This document shows, piece by piece, positions 9,134-17,580 of a stretch of DNA of 64,000 nt. Position numbers and translations under genes: made by a program. Source of the DNA: an uncultured Solirubrobacterales bacterium (lineage in GTDB: Bacteria; Actinomycetota; Thermoleophilia; Solirubrobacterales; 70-9); the NCBI GenBank assembly GCA_963703335.1, contig OY969812.1, positions 972,495 through 1,036,494 on the forward strand, read 5' to 3'. Numbering within the stretch: position 1 is the first letter of the stretch; every line of letters begins with the position of its first letter. A model generated the notes under the pieces. That model was not told the origin of the DNA and did no database searches. It worked only from the letters and a program-made list of their open reading frames with translations.

Positions 9134-10606
9134 ATGAGCGCTGCGCACCTGTTCCGTCGCGCGCTCGCGGTCCTGCTGCTCGGCGGCACCCTGATCGTCA
9201 CGCTGCACTACTGGCTCGGCGTTGGCGAGAACCTGGATTTCGCGATCGGAGGACCTCTCTACGCCGCAATCGTGCTTGGTGCTGGGGTCGCCTGCCTGAT
9301 CAGGGCCTCCGACTATCGTCGCGAGCGGGCGGCCTGGATTCTCATTGGCCTGTCGATCCTCTGCTGGGGCGCGGCGGAGGTCTACTGGGCCGCCGCGATC
9401 GAAGACAACCCGTCGGCCCCCTATCCATCGCCGGCGGACATCGGTTACCTGGTCTTTTATCCGCTCGCCTACGCCGGCCTGGCCATGCTGGTCCGGGCGC
9501 GAGCCCACGAGATCAACTGGCGCCTCTGGATGGATGGTCTAATCGCCGCCCTCGGCACGGCCGCGCTCGGCGCGGCGTTCGTCTTTGACTTCGTTGCCGA
9601 CCAGACGTCCGGCACGACGCTGGAAACGCTGACGACGCTCTCCTATCCGGTCGGTGATATCGGCATGCTGGCAATGGTGGTTGGGGTCGTGGCCCTAACC
9701 GGGTGGCGCCCCGGCCGCACCTGGTCGCTGCTGCTGGCCGGGCTGGCGGCGCTGGTCATCGCCGACATCGCCTACACGTTGCAGGCGACCGAAGGGGCGT
9801 TGCCCGGTGGCGAATGGGTGAACCCGATCTACCTGATCGCGGCAGTCTGCCTGGGCGCGGCGGTCTGGCAGCCGAAGGAGGCGGCCGAGATCACCTCGCC
9901 CCATAGCGACGGCCGCCGCGAGATCCTGGTCCCTGCGGTCTTCGCGGCGGTGATGATCGGGCTTTTCGCGATGCAGTACAACAGCACTGCGGGGGGCCTC
10001 TCGACCATCCTCTGGGCGGCGACGATGAGCGCCGTGATCGTGCGCTTGGCAATGAGCGACCGGGAGAACAAAAGGCTGCTCGAGCAGGTGCAGACCGATC
10101 CGCTGACCAGCCTTGGCAATCGTGGCCGCATGCAGCTCGACCTCGAACGGCTCTGCGAGATCGCCACGGAGGCCAATCCCACCGCGCTCGTCTTCCTCGA
10201 CCTCAACGGCTTCAAGCACCTCAACGACACGCTCGGCCACCCTGCCGGCGACGAGATGCTGGCGCGCCTGGGGAAGCGGCTGCGCGGGGCGATCGCCGAG
10301 GACGGAACCGCCTACCGGATCGGCGGCGATGAGTTCTGCGTCCTGCTCACCTGCTCGGAGAGCCGCTTTGACGAGGCGATCAAGCACGCCGCGGAAGCCC
10401 TGACCGAGAGTGGACGCGGCTACGCGATCGCCGCGTCCTGGGGCGCGGCCAGGGTTCCGAGCGAGGCCGACAGCCCATCCGCAACGCTGCAGCTCGCCGA
10501 TGTGCGGATGTACGCACAGAAGGAGTCGCGGCGTGGCGAGCCGGCAGATATAGCCATCGCCGATCCCGACCCAGTCGCGGACGCAATCAGGGCAACTCGC
10601 GGCTGA
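9134..10606 (+). CDS. Membrane-anchored diguanylate cyclase (GGDEF domain)
   Basis: About 8 N-terminal TM helices, then [10 protein letters not shown]...[21 protein letters not shown]...[12 protein letters not shown]. The start is taken at MSAAHLF (9134) to avoid the rpmE promoter region. Confidence 0.85.
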   Translation: MSAAHLFRRALAVLLLGGTLIVTLHYWLGVGENLDFAIGGPLYAAIVLGAGVACLIRASDYRRERAAWILIGLSILCWGAAEVYWAAAIEDNPSAPYPSPADIGYLVFYPLAYAGLAMLVRARAHEINWRLWMDGLIAALGTAALGAAFVFDFVADQTSGTTLETLTTLSYPVGDIGMLAMVVGVVALTGWRPGRTWSLLLAGLAALVIADIAYTLQATEGALPGGEWVNPIYLIAAVCLGAAVWQPKEAAEITSPHSDGRREILVPAVFAAVMIGLFAMQYNSTAGGLSTILWAATMSAVIVRLAMSDRENKRLLEQVQTDPLTSLGNRGRMQLDLERLCEIATEANPTALVFLDLNGFKHLNDTLGHPAGDEMLARLGKRLRGAIAEDGTAYRIGGDEFCVLLTCSESRFDEAIKHAAEALTESGRGYAIAASWGAARVPSEADSPSATLQLADVRMYAQKESRRGEPADIAIADPDPVADAIRATRG

Positions 10607-11198
10607 GACCGTCGAGCAGCGCACCGAGGGTCCCGGCAACCTCGGCCCGCATCCGCCCGGGGTCCTCGGCGCGGGCAACCAGCATCGCCGCCTCGTCGAG
10701 GGCGCCCATCAGCACGTGAGCCAAGGGGCGCACCGGCTGCGGCTTGATCGCACCGGCGTCAATCGCCGCCTGCAGCGTTGCTTCGATCAGGCCAAGGCCA
10801 TGCTCGGCGGCAATCTCTCGCCAGCGGTCCCAGCCCAGAACCGAGGGGCCGTCGAGCAGCACGATCCGCTGCGCCTCGGGCTCGGTGCTTGCGGCCAGGA
10901 ACATCTCGACACCGGCCCGCATCGCCTCCAGGGGCGAGGAAGCGTTGGCCTCGAGCGCACCGGCGGCGATCCGCTCGGCCAGCTCCCGCTCGACCTGCTC
11001 GTAGACCGCCTCAAAGAGCTTGCGCTTGCCATCGAAGTGGTGGTAGAGAGCGCCGCGGGTAACCCCAGCGGCGCGCACGATCTCTTCCGTGCCAACGCCG
11101 GCGTATCCGCGCTCCGCGAAGAGCGACCGTGCCGCCGCGATCAGCGCTGCGCGCGTCGCCTCGGTCCGCTCAGCCTGAGTTCGCCTGGTAACATTCAT
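10587..11198 (-). CDS. TetR-family transcriptional regulator
   Basis: TRAALIAAARSLFAERGYAGVGTEEIVRAAGVTRGALYHHF HTH. Start at ATG 11198 or 11216. Its 3' end overlaps the GGDEF gene convergently by 20 nt. Confidence 0.9.
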   Translation of the reverse strand: MNVTRRTQAERTEATRAALIAAARSLFAERGYAGVGTEEIVRAAGVTRGALYHHFDGKRKLFEAVYEQVERELAERIAAGALEANASSPLEAMRAGVEMFLAASTEPEAQRIVLLDGPSVLGWDRWREIAAEHGLGLIEATLQAAIDAGAIKPQPVRPLAHVLMGALDEAAMLVARAEDPGRMRAEVAGTLGALLDGLSRELP

Positions 11199-11229
11199 AC
11201 AGCTTGTATTTATCATACCCCCACGGTGG

Positions 11230-11278
11230 GAACTGCATCAAATTATCTACCTACTGGATAGACAATTTGATGCAGTTC
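11230..11278. promoter_or_regulatory. 20-bp inverted repeat (probable operator) between the TetR gene and the hydrolase gene
   Basis: GAACTGCATCAAATTATCTA (11230-11249), a 9-nt spacer, then TAGACAATTTGATGCAGTTC (11259-11278), with 1 mismatch. The core GAACTGCATCAA/TTGATGCAGTTCGG recurs at 29903-29955. Confidence 0.5.
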
Positions 11279-11304
11279 GGAGCCGCGACGAGGAGGCCCT
11301 TGCG

Positions 11305-12147
11305 ATGACCGAAGCTAGTGAACGTCACGAGATCGAGTTGCCCGCCGGTCGGATCCGCTACCGCGAGGCCGGCGAGGGCAAACCCGTCGTCTTCGTCCAC
11401 GGCTTCCTCGTCGACGGCCGGCTCTGGGACGGCGTCGTCGACCACCTCTCCGACCGCTGCCGCTGCCTCGCGCCGGACTGGCCGATCGCCGCACAGCAGA
11501 TCGCGATGAAGCCCGATGCGGACCTCTCCCCCTACGGCATAGCCGCTCTGATCGCCGACTTCCTCGAGGCGCTTGACCTGGAGGACGTGACGATCGTCGG
11601 CAACGACTCCGGCGGGGCTATGTCGCAGGTGCTGGTGACCCGCCACCCGGAGCGGATCGGCCGCCTCGTGCTGACCAACTGCGACACCCACGAGAACTTC
11701 CCGCCGGGGATCTTCAAGGCGATGCCGCCGATCGCCAAGCTGCCCGGCGGCATGACCCTGCTCTCGGCGCCATTCCGAATCGGCGCGCTCGCTCGCGCCG
11801 CCTTTAGGCCCTTTTCAAAGAGCGAGATCCCAGCCGACCTGGTCGCCTCCTGGATGGCCCCCTCGCTCAGCGACCCCGGCATCAAGCGGGACGCCAAAAA
11901 GGTCACCGCGGGGATGAATAAGCGCTACACGCTTGAGGCGGCGGAGAAGCTGCGCGACTCTCAACTGCCGATCTTGCTCACCTGGGCGCCCGGGGACAAA
12001 CTCTTCCCGATCTCCTACGCCGAAAGGCTGGCCAGAGAGACGCCGAACGCACGGATCGTCGAGATCCCCGACGCGGCGACGTTCGTGCCCCTCGATCAGC
12101 CGCAGCGGATTGCCGACGAGATCGCGACATTCGTCGAGGCAAATTGA
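11305..12147 (+). CDS. Alpha/beta-fold hydrolase
   Basis: PVVFVHGFLVDGRLW and the nucleophile elbow VGNDSGG. 280 aa, with haloalkane-dehalogenase/epoxide-hydrolase-like architecture. Confidence 0.85.
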   Translation: MTEASERHEIELPAGRIRYREAGEGKPVVFVHGFLVDGRLWDGVVDHLSDRCRCLAPDWPIAAQQIAMKPDADLSPYGIAALIADFLEALDLEDVTIVGNDSGGAMSQVLVTRHPERIGRLVLTNCDTHENFPPGIFKAMPPIAKLPGGMTLLSAPFRIGALARAAFRPFSKSEIPADLVASWMAPSLSDPGIKRDAKKVTAGMNKRYTLEAAEKLRDSQLPILLTWAPGDKLFPISYAERLARETPNARIVEIPDAATFVPLDQPQRIADEIATFVEAN

Positions 12148-12351
12148 GGCAAAAGGCGCAAGCTGCGCGTTCTTTTTCGCTACTTGCATGTTTTTCGTCC
12201 GACCGGGGGGCGAAGCTGCCACAACGCCCCCGACAGGACGGAGAGCCATGCCAAGGGAAATCTTCGACCAGGACCGGCCTCGCAGCACGATGGCTAGACG
12301 CCTCGACGAAGCGTTTGCGGGCTGCGACCAGTGGACGCTTGCGCCCCCTAC

Positions 12352-13053
12352 TCAACGGCGCAGTGAGGTCACCTTTAGCCCGCGGCCCCCGATCTCTTCG
12401 AGGATCAGCGGCAGTGCCGCCGCCGTGCGCACCCAGGAGCCTCGCGCGCTGTAGTAGTCGGCGTCGTGCAGGAGAACGATGTCGCCGGCCTCGATGCCGG
12501 AGCTTGAGCGACGAGTGATCGACTCGGCGGTTGCGCGCCGATCCCAGTCGCGCCCCCAGCGTGACCAGAGCACCGGCCGCCAGCCGCGGCGTCGCACCGC
12601 TCGCAGCGTCGCCGCGCTGAAGATGCCATAAGGCGGGCGGTAGTCGGCGACTGCCTGGCCGCTTGCCTCCTCGATCGCCGTGCGCCCACGTTCTGCGTCC
12701 TCGAGAAATTGACGCACTCCGAGCCTGAGGAGATTGCGATGGCGATGGCAGTGCAGCTCGACTTGGTGACCCGCTGCGACGATCTCGGCGGCCAGCGATG
12801 GCCGCCGCTTAACCTGCTCCCCGGCAAGGAAAAAGGTTGCCGAAGCACCGTGCTCGCGCAGCACCTCCATCACAGCGGGAGTGCCCTGCGGGTGTGGCCC
12901 ATCGTCGAAGGTGAGGGCGACCCCGGCGTTCCCTTTCTGGCGCATCTCGATATCGAGGGCCCGGCCGAGACCCGGGACAACGGGCGCGAGAGCGGGGCCG
13001 GCGTGTAGGACGGCGGCGGTCGCTGTCCCGGCGCCGAGCAGCCGCCCGATCAA
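12352..13053 (-). CDS. Polysaccharide deacetylase (NodB homology domain)
   Basis: LTFDDGPHPQGTP...ATFFLAG...ELHCHRH motifs. 4-nt overlap with the upstream fusion gene stop. Confidence 0.85.
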   Translation of the reverse strand: MIGRLLGAGTATAAVLHAGPALAPVVPGLGRALDIEMRQKGNAGVALTFDDGPHPQGTPAVMEVLREHGASATFFLAGEQVKRRPSLAAEIVAAGHQVELHCHRHRNLLRLGVRQFLEDAERGRTAIEEASGQAVADYRPPYGIFSAATLRAVRRRGWRPVLWSRWGRDWDRRATAESITRRSSSGIEAGDIVLLHDADYYSARGSWVRTAAALPLILEEIGGRGLKVTSLRR

Positions 13054-15383
13054 GGGGCTTCTTGGCTGCCGGCCCGCGCGGCCGCTTCTTGCGGCTGGGC
13101 CGCTGCTGCACTGGAAACCGCCGGCGACGATTCATCGTTGTCCCTGCCGAGGTGGATGCGTCCCTCGAGCGGCTTGGCGATCACCTTGTAGGGAGCTTCG
13201 CGGTCGATCACCGTGAAAAACATGACGACGAGGATCGCGACGAGGCTAACCGCGGCGACGACACGCTCCACGCGCAGGCGCCAAACCGGCTGCGGCTTTA
13301 CCCGCGGCCGCACCGTCAACACCCGCGAGGCGATCGAGGGCAACGAGGCAAAGGAGGAGTCGGGCGGACGCCGCTCGCGGCTGAGGTGGCGCAGCACCGA
13401 CCCCAGCTCGTGCTCGGATCGCGCCACCTCGGCCAGGCCGAAGCGCTCGAAGGCGGCGTTGTTGGCCCGCAGGTGACCGGCCGAGAAGCCGAAGGAGACC
13501 ACCGGGCAGCCACGGATGTGCGCCTCCAGCACGGTCAGGCCGGCGGTGGAGTGGACCATCACGTCCGCCGCGGCCATCCAGTCGCTCATCTGCTCGGTGA
13601 AGCCGAGGATGCGCACGCGCTCGTGGCTAGCAAAACGCTGCTCCAGCTTCTCGCGTGCGACCTCATTGCGGCCGGTGATGCAAACGACCGTGGTGTCGTC
13701 GCTGGACAGCGCCGAGGAGATCGCCCCCTCGAGGTCGCCGATGCCCCAACCGCCGCCGGAGACGAGTACGAGCCGATCGTGCACGGGAACGCCGAGCGCC
13801 TTGCGCGCATCCACACGCGTCCGCGGCATCAGGAAGTCGGGTGAGATCGGCGGGCGGGTCCACTCGACGCTGCCCGGCCCGGCGAGCCGCTCGACTTCCT
13901 CGATCGACTCGGGGTGGGTAACGAAGTGCAGGTCGACCCCTGGGTGGACCCAGTAGCGCAGGCCGGCGAGATCGGTGATCGCCGACTGCACCGGGACAAG
14001 CAGGCGGCGGTTCTCGCGCAGCATGCCCAACACCGCGGTGACACCCGGGTAGGTGGAGACGATGACGTCGGGCTGGTGCTTCTCGATCAAGCGCAGTAGG
14101 CCGCGACTGCCGAGCGCGTAGCTGAGGTGGTGCATGAGCCAGCGGGTTGGGGCGAATTTGGTGATCAGCCAGTACTGGACGTCGAAGAGCCAGGGCATCC
14201 AGCGGAAAGTGAAGCGAGAGCCGTCGCGCGCAACCGCGGAGGAGATCTTGCCCATCGCCTCCAGGCCGTTCGCTATCTCGACCTCGCTACCGGGGACCTC
14301 GGCTTCGAGGTCGGCTTTGATGATCCGTGCTGGCAAGTCATGCCCCTCGCCGATGTCTGCGGTGAGGACAAGCACGCGAGGATCGCGCTCTTCAAAGCGC
14401 GAAGCCCCCGCAAGCAGAGCGCCTGCCGCGTGTTCGTTGCCGTTCAGCGAAGGCTGCTTGCCGGGAATCGGGTCGGGCGGACGGGTGCTGTTGCGAACCC
14501 ATTCGACGTACTTGCGAACCCCTTCCTTGAAGCTCGTCTCGGCCTTCCAGCCCAGCTCGGAGAGCGCCCGCTCGTTGGAGATCGCCTTGCCGGGAAAGTC
14601 GCCGGGCCGCGGCGGCGTGTGGACGATCTCGCAGTTATCGGTGTTTTCCTGCACCCGCTCGGCGATTTCGAGGATCGTCACCACCTCGTCGCCAGAGAGG
14701 TTGTAGGTGCGGCCGGCGGCCTCGGGCGCCAGCGCCGCGACAATTCCGTCGGCAAGGTCCTCGACGTAGATGAAGCTGCGGGTCGTGCTGCCATCGCCGG
14801 CGATCGTCAGCGCCTTGCCTTCGAAGGCGAGGTCGGTGAACTTGGCGACGACGCCGGCGGCGCGGGCGCGGGGGCCGTAGGGGATGCCGAAGCGGAGGAT
14901 GGTGCTCTCCAGCTCGTAGAGCTCCGCGTAGCCGGCGCAGTAGGTCTCGCCGGCGAGCTTAGTCGCGGTGTAGAGGTGGCGCGGCGCCGGAATCGGGGTT
15001 TCCTCGTCGACGTCCTGCTCGACGCAGTCGCTGTAGACCCAGGTCGTCGAGCCGTAGACGACGCGGCCGACCTTGGCCCGACAGGCAGCCTCGAGCACGT
15101 TGAGCGTGCCGCGGGTGTTGACCTCCTCGGCCAGAACGGGGTCGGCGAGGACGTGGCCGACATCGGCGACCGCGGCGAGGTGAATCACCGCGTCGCAGTC
15201 GCGCATTGCCAGGTCGAGGTTGGCGGGGTCGGTGATACTGCCGGTGAAGGTCTCGACTTCGAGTGGCGAGTGGTAGGGCGAGGCGCTGAGATCGAAGATG
15301 CGCGGCGTGATGCCGCGCGCGATAAGGCAGTCGACCACGTGGGACCCGATGAAGCCGCCGCCGCCGGTTACCAGGACCCTCAT
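13050..15383 (-). CDS. Fusion protein: NAD-dependent sugar epimerase/dehydratase (SDR) plus an MGDG-synthase/GT28-like glycosyltransferase with a C-terminal TM helix
   Basis: MRVLVTGGGGFIGSHV...YTATKLAGE (SDR Rossmann fold and YxxxK), a Pro-rich linker, then VLVLTADIGEGHDLPA...LVSGGGWGIGD...HSTAGLTVLEA (UgtP/MGDG-synthase-like), then VVAAVSLVAILVVMFFTVI. There is no in-frame stop between the domains. ATG 15383 forms an ATGA overlap with the DegT stop. Confidence 0.8.
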   Translation of the reverse strand: MRVLVTGGGGFIGSHVVDCLIARGITPRIFDLSASPYHSPLEVETFTGSITDPANLDLAMRDCDAVIHLAAVADVGHVLADPVLAEEVNTRGTLNVLEAACRAKVGRVVYGSTTWVYSDCVEQDVDEETPIPAPRHLYTATKLAGETYCAGYAELYELESTILRFGIPYGPRARAAGVVAKFTDLAFEGKALTIAGDGSTTRSFIYVEDLADGIVAALAPEAAGRTYNLSGDEVVTILEIAERVQENTDNCEIVHTPPRPGDFPGKAISNERALSELGWKAETSFKEGVRKYVEWVRNSTRPPDPIPGKQPSLNGNEHAAGALLAGASRFEERDPRVLVLTADIGEGHDLPARIIKADLEAEVPGSEVEIANGLEAMGKISSAVARDGSRFTFRWMPWLFDVQYWLITKFAPTRWLMHHLSYALGSRGLLRLIEKHQPDVIVSTYPGVTAVLGMLRENRRLLVPVQSAITDLAGLRYWVHPGVDLHFVTHPESIEEVERLAGPGSVEWTRPPISPDFLMPRTRVDARKALGVPVHDRLVLVSGGGWGIGDLEGAISSALSSDDTTVVCITGRNEVAREKLEQRFASHERVRILGFTEQMSDWMAAADVMVHSTAGLTVLEAHIRGCPVVSFGFSAGHLRANNAAFERFGLAEVARSEHELGSVLRHLSRERRPPDSSFASLPSIASRVLTVRPRVKPQPVWRLRVERVVAAVSLVAILVVMFFTVIDREAPYKVIAKPLEGRIHLGRDNDESSPAVSSAAAAQPQEAAARAGSQEAP

Positions 15384-16456
15384 GGTTCCTCCTCGCCGAG
15401 CGCCGCCGAGCGGGTTTCCGGTCGGTAGTAGAGCGGCACGCACCAGTGGTTCTCTGCCACCCAGTCGGTGTTTGGCAGTTCGTCGGAGCGACCCATGATG
15501 CGGTGGCAAGGCTCTTCGTAGACGCGGCCCGTGGACTTCTCGACCGGGTCGAAGACGAGGTACTTGTAGAGGCCCGAGGTCATGCCCTCGGGCAGCTCCA
15601 GTCTGCCGGGATGCAACTGGTCGAGGTGCTCTCGCGCGTGCTCGTTCTTCCAGGCGACGATCTCCTCCATGCGGTCCGCCTGGACCAGGCCGAGCGCCGC
15701 GGTGAACTCGCTCATGCGGAAGTTGAGGCCGTCGACCTCGTGCTCGAACTTGCCGTAGTTGCGGAACTTGCGCGCGAACTCGATCAGGCCCTCGTCGGCG
15801 GAGACGAGCACGCCACCCTCGCCAGCGGAGATCGTCTTGGTCGCGTAGAGGGAGTAGACGCCTGCGTCGCCGAAACCGCCCGGCTTGGCACCGTTCCACT
15901 CGGCGCCATGGGCGTGGGCACAGTCCTCGAGCAGGAAGATGCCGTTAGCGCCGCAATACTCGGCAATGCGCTCAGCGTCGAAGGCGATATGACCGCCGAT
16001 GTGAACGACGATCGCCGCCTTTGGCTTGTGCTGCTCGGCCTTCTCCTCGAAATCCTCGAAAGACATGCAGAGATCAGTGCGATTGCAGTCGACGAACTCG
16101 ACCTCAGCGCCGGCGTTGATCGCGGCCAGTGGCGTCGCCATGAAGGTGTTGGACGGGCAGAGGACGGTCTCGCCGCGAACCCCGGCGAACTCAAGCGCCG
16201 CCAACGCCCCTCCGGCCCAACTCGAAAGCCCGATGCTCGGCAGCCCGTTCCACTCGGCCCAGCGCGCCTCGAACGCCTCCAGCATCCGCCCCTCCGACCA
16301 CTGCTCGGAATCGAGGACCTCGGTCCAGAGCTCGAAGAGCCGGGCGCGGTCACGATGGTCGAAGCCGATGGCGAACTTACCGGCGTCCGAGACTGGAGAT
16401 TCGGTTGCCAAGAGCGCCGCCAGGCTACCAGCGAGAGCAGACCTGACACTTCGCAT
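15380..16456 (-). CDS. DegT/DnrJ/EryC1/StrS-family PLP-dependent sugar aminotransferase
   Basis: CPSNTFMATPLAAINAGAEVEFVDCN, EDCAHAHGAEWNG and SLYATKTISAGEGGVL (PLP lysine). The start is either 16456 or 16495. Confidence 0.85.
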   Translation of the reverse strand: MRSVRSALAGSLAALLATESPVSDAGKFAIGFDHRDRARLFELWTEVLDSEQWSEGRMLEAFEARWAEWNGLPSIGLSSWAGGALAALEFAGVRGETVLCPSNTFMATPLAAINAGAEVEFVDCNRTDLCMSFEDFEEKAEQHKPKAAIVVHIGGHIAFDAERIAEYCGANGIFLLEDCAHAHGAEWNGAKPGGFGDAGVYSLYATKTISAGEGGVLVSADEGLIEFARKFRNYGKFEHEVDGLNFRMSEFTAALGLVQADRMEEIVAWKNEHAREHLDQLHPGRLELPEGMTSGLYKYLVFDPVEKSTGRVYEEPCHRIMGRSDELPNTDWVAENHWCVPLYYRPETRSAALGEEEP

Positions 16457-16521
16457 ATCTGCGTCCTCGGTCGCTCGCGTGCAGGAGCACGCCACGCTCC
16501 CTGCGTCCTTGATCTGCTTGG

Positions 16522-17427
16522 TCAGGTCTGCTCTCGAGCATTTTCAATTACCGCTCCAACCGCGCTTGAACCCGCGAGCAACACGGTTCCGCCTACAGCA
16601 ACGGCCATTGAAGCGACCAAGACCGCCCCGTCGAGGGGGGTCGATCCCCACGACTCGCCGAAGATCAGCGGCGCAAGAAGAACCGGAATGAGGACCTGGA
16701 CCGCGAACATGACCGGGGCCACGTGCGTTGCGGGTCGTTGCTGCAGGGCGCTCATCTCGCTGAGCAGCGCCAGGCCCTCGGAAGCCGCAGCCGTGGCGAG
16801 CCAGGCGACGGCCACGATCACTGCGCCCGTCGCCAGCTCATCGGTGAGCAGCTTGCTCGCGATCGCCGTCCAGGCATAGCCACACCCGGCGCTGACCACG
16901 GCCATGGTGGCGATCGCATTTGCGTATCCGACTTTGACCACACCAGAGTGTGGTGAATGTCGGATGCGCTGGCGCAGCACGTAGGGAGCGGCGATCGGGA
17001 TCGCGACCAGGCCAAGCGCCAGGGCTATCGCCCCTGCGCCCGCATGATCCGTAGTGCGCTCCGGCGCCGCCAGCGCCACACCCGCCACCCCGAGCACGAT
17101 CGCGCCCACAGCAGTCCACTCGCGAGATCCAGGCCTCTCCCCCAGCCGCGTCGCCCCCAGCCAAAGGAGCAAAATGAGCCCGCTAGCCAGGCAGGGCTGC
17201 ACCACCGTCAACGGCGCCAGCAACAGTGCCACGATCTCCAACGGCCACCCCGCCAGCCCCAGCGCCGTGGCCCCCAGCCACTTCCGGTTCCGTACAAGCT
17301 TCCCAAGCAGGGACGGCCGCAGCGAGTGCTCCCCCGGCACCTCCCGCGCCTCCAACGCCTGCAGCGCAATCGACGCGTTGTAGAGCAACGAAGCTCCCAC
17401 CGCCGCAACAATCCCGAGAGCAATCAC
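16522..17427 (-). CDS. Polytopic membrane protein, DMT/NIPA-like transporter
   Basis: 301 aa with about 9-10 hydrophobic helices and internal two-fold similarity. It is the first gene of the sugar operon. Confidence 0.55.
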   Translation of the reverse strand: MIALGIVAAVGASLLYNASIALQALEAREVPGEHSLRPSLLGKLVRNRKWLGATALGLAGWPLEIVALLLAPLTVVQPCLASGLILLLWLGATRLGERPGSREWTAVGAIVLGVAGVALAAPERTTDHAGAGAIALALGLVAIPIAAPYVLRQRIRHSPHSGVVKVGYANAIATMAVVSAGCGYAWTAIASKLLTDELATGAVIVAVAWLATAAASEGLALLSEMSALQQRPATHVAPVMFAVQVLIPVLLAPLIFGESWGSTPLDGAVLVASMAVAVGGTVLLAGSSAVGAVIENAREQT

Positions 17428-17488
17428 GCCGCGACCCTACCCAGCTACGCGACGAAGCTTTAGCTGGAGTAGCGAGACGCTTCGAGAC

Positions 17489-17567
17489 GGCCGGTTCGGA
17501 TGCCCGTCAGCGGACACTCAAGCGCGGCCTCCGGCCGCGCGTCCGATGATGGGCGTCCGAACCGGCC
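17489..17567 (-). terminator. Compound GC-rich hairpin downstream of ETF-QO
   Basis: GGCCGGTTCGGATGCCC (17489-17505) pairs with GGGCGTCCGAACCGGCC (17551-17567), 16 of 17 positions. An inner hairpin GCGCGGCC-TCC-GGCCGCGC is also present. No clear U-tract. Confidence 0.35.
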
Positions 17568-17580
17568 GCCCCCCCACCAC

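Noticed and set aside
12156-12177. A possible intrinsic terminator after the alpha/beta hydrolase gene (GCGCA-AGC-TGCGC followed by GTTCTTTTTCGC).
   Set aside because: The stem is only 5 bp. A T-run is present, but the overall stability is too low to call with confidence, so it is left as a note only.
12240-12352. A small plus-strand ORF, MPREIFDQDRPRSTMARRLDEAFAGC..., in the gap between the hydrolase and deacetylase genes.
   Set aside because: It has no SD and no recognisable motif. It is part of a long shadow ORF (11933..12454) that overlaps the hydrolase gene out of frame.
15384-15899. The N-terminal 172 codons of the 949-aa track ORF 13050..15899.
   Set aside because: This part overlaps the 3' end of the well-supported DegT aminotransferase gene in another frame and translates to Arg-rich nonsense. 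The canonical MRVLVTGGGGFIGSH start at 15383 forms an ATGA junction with the DegT stop.
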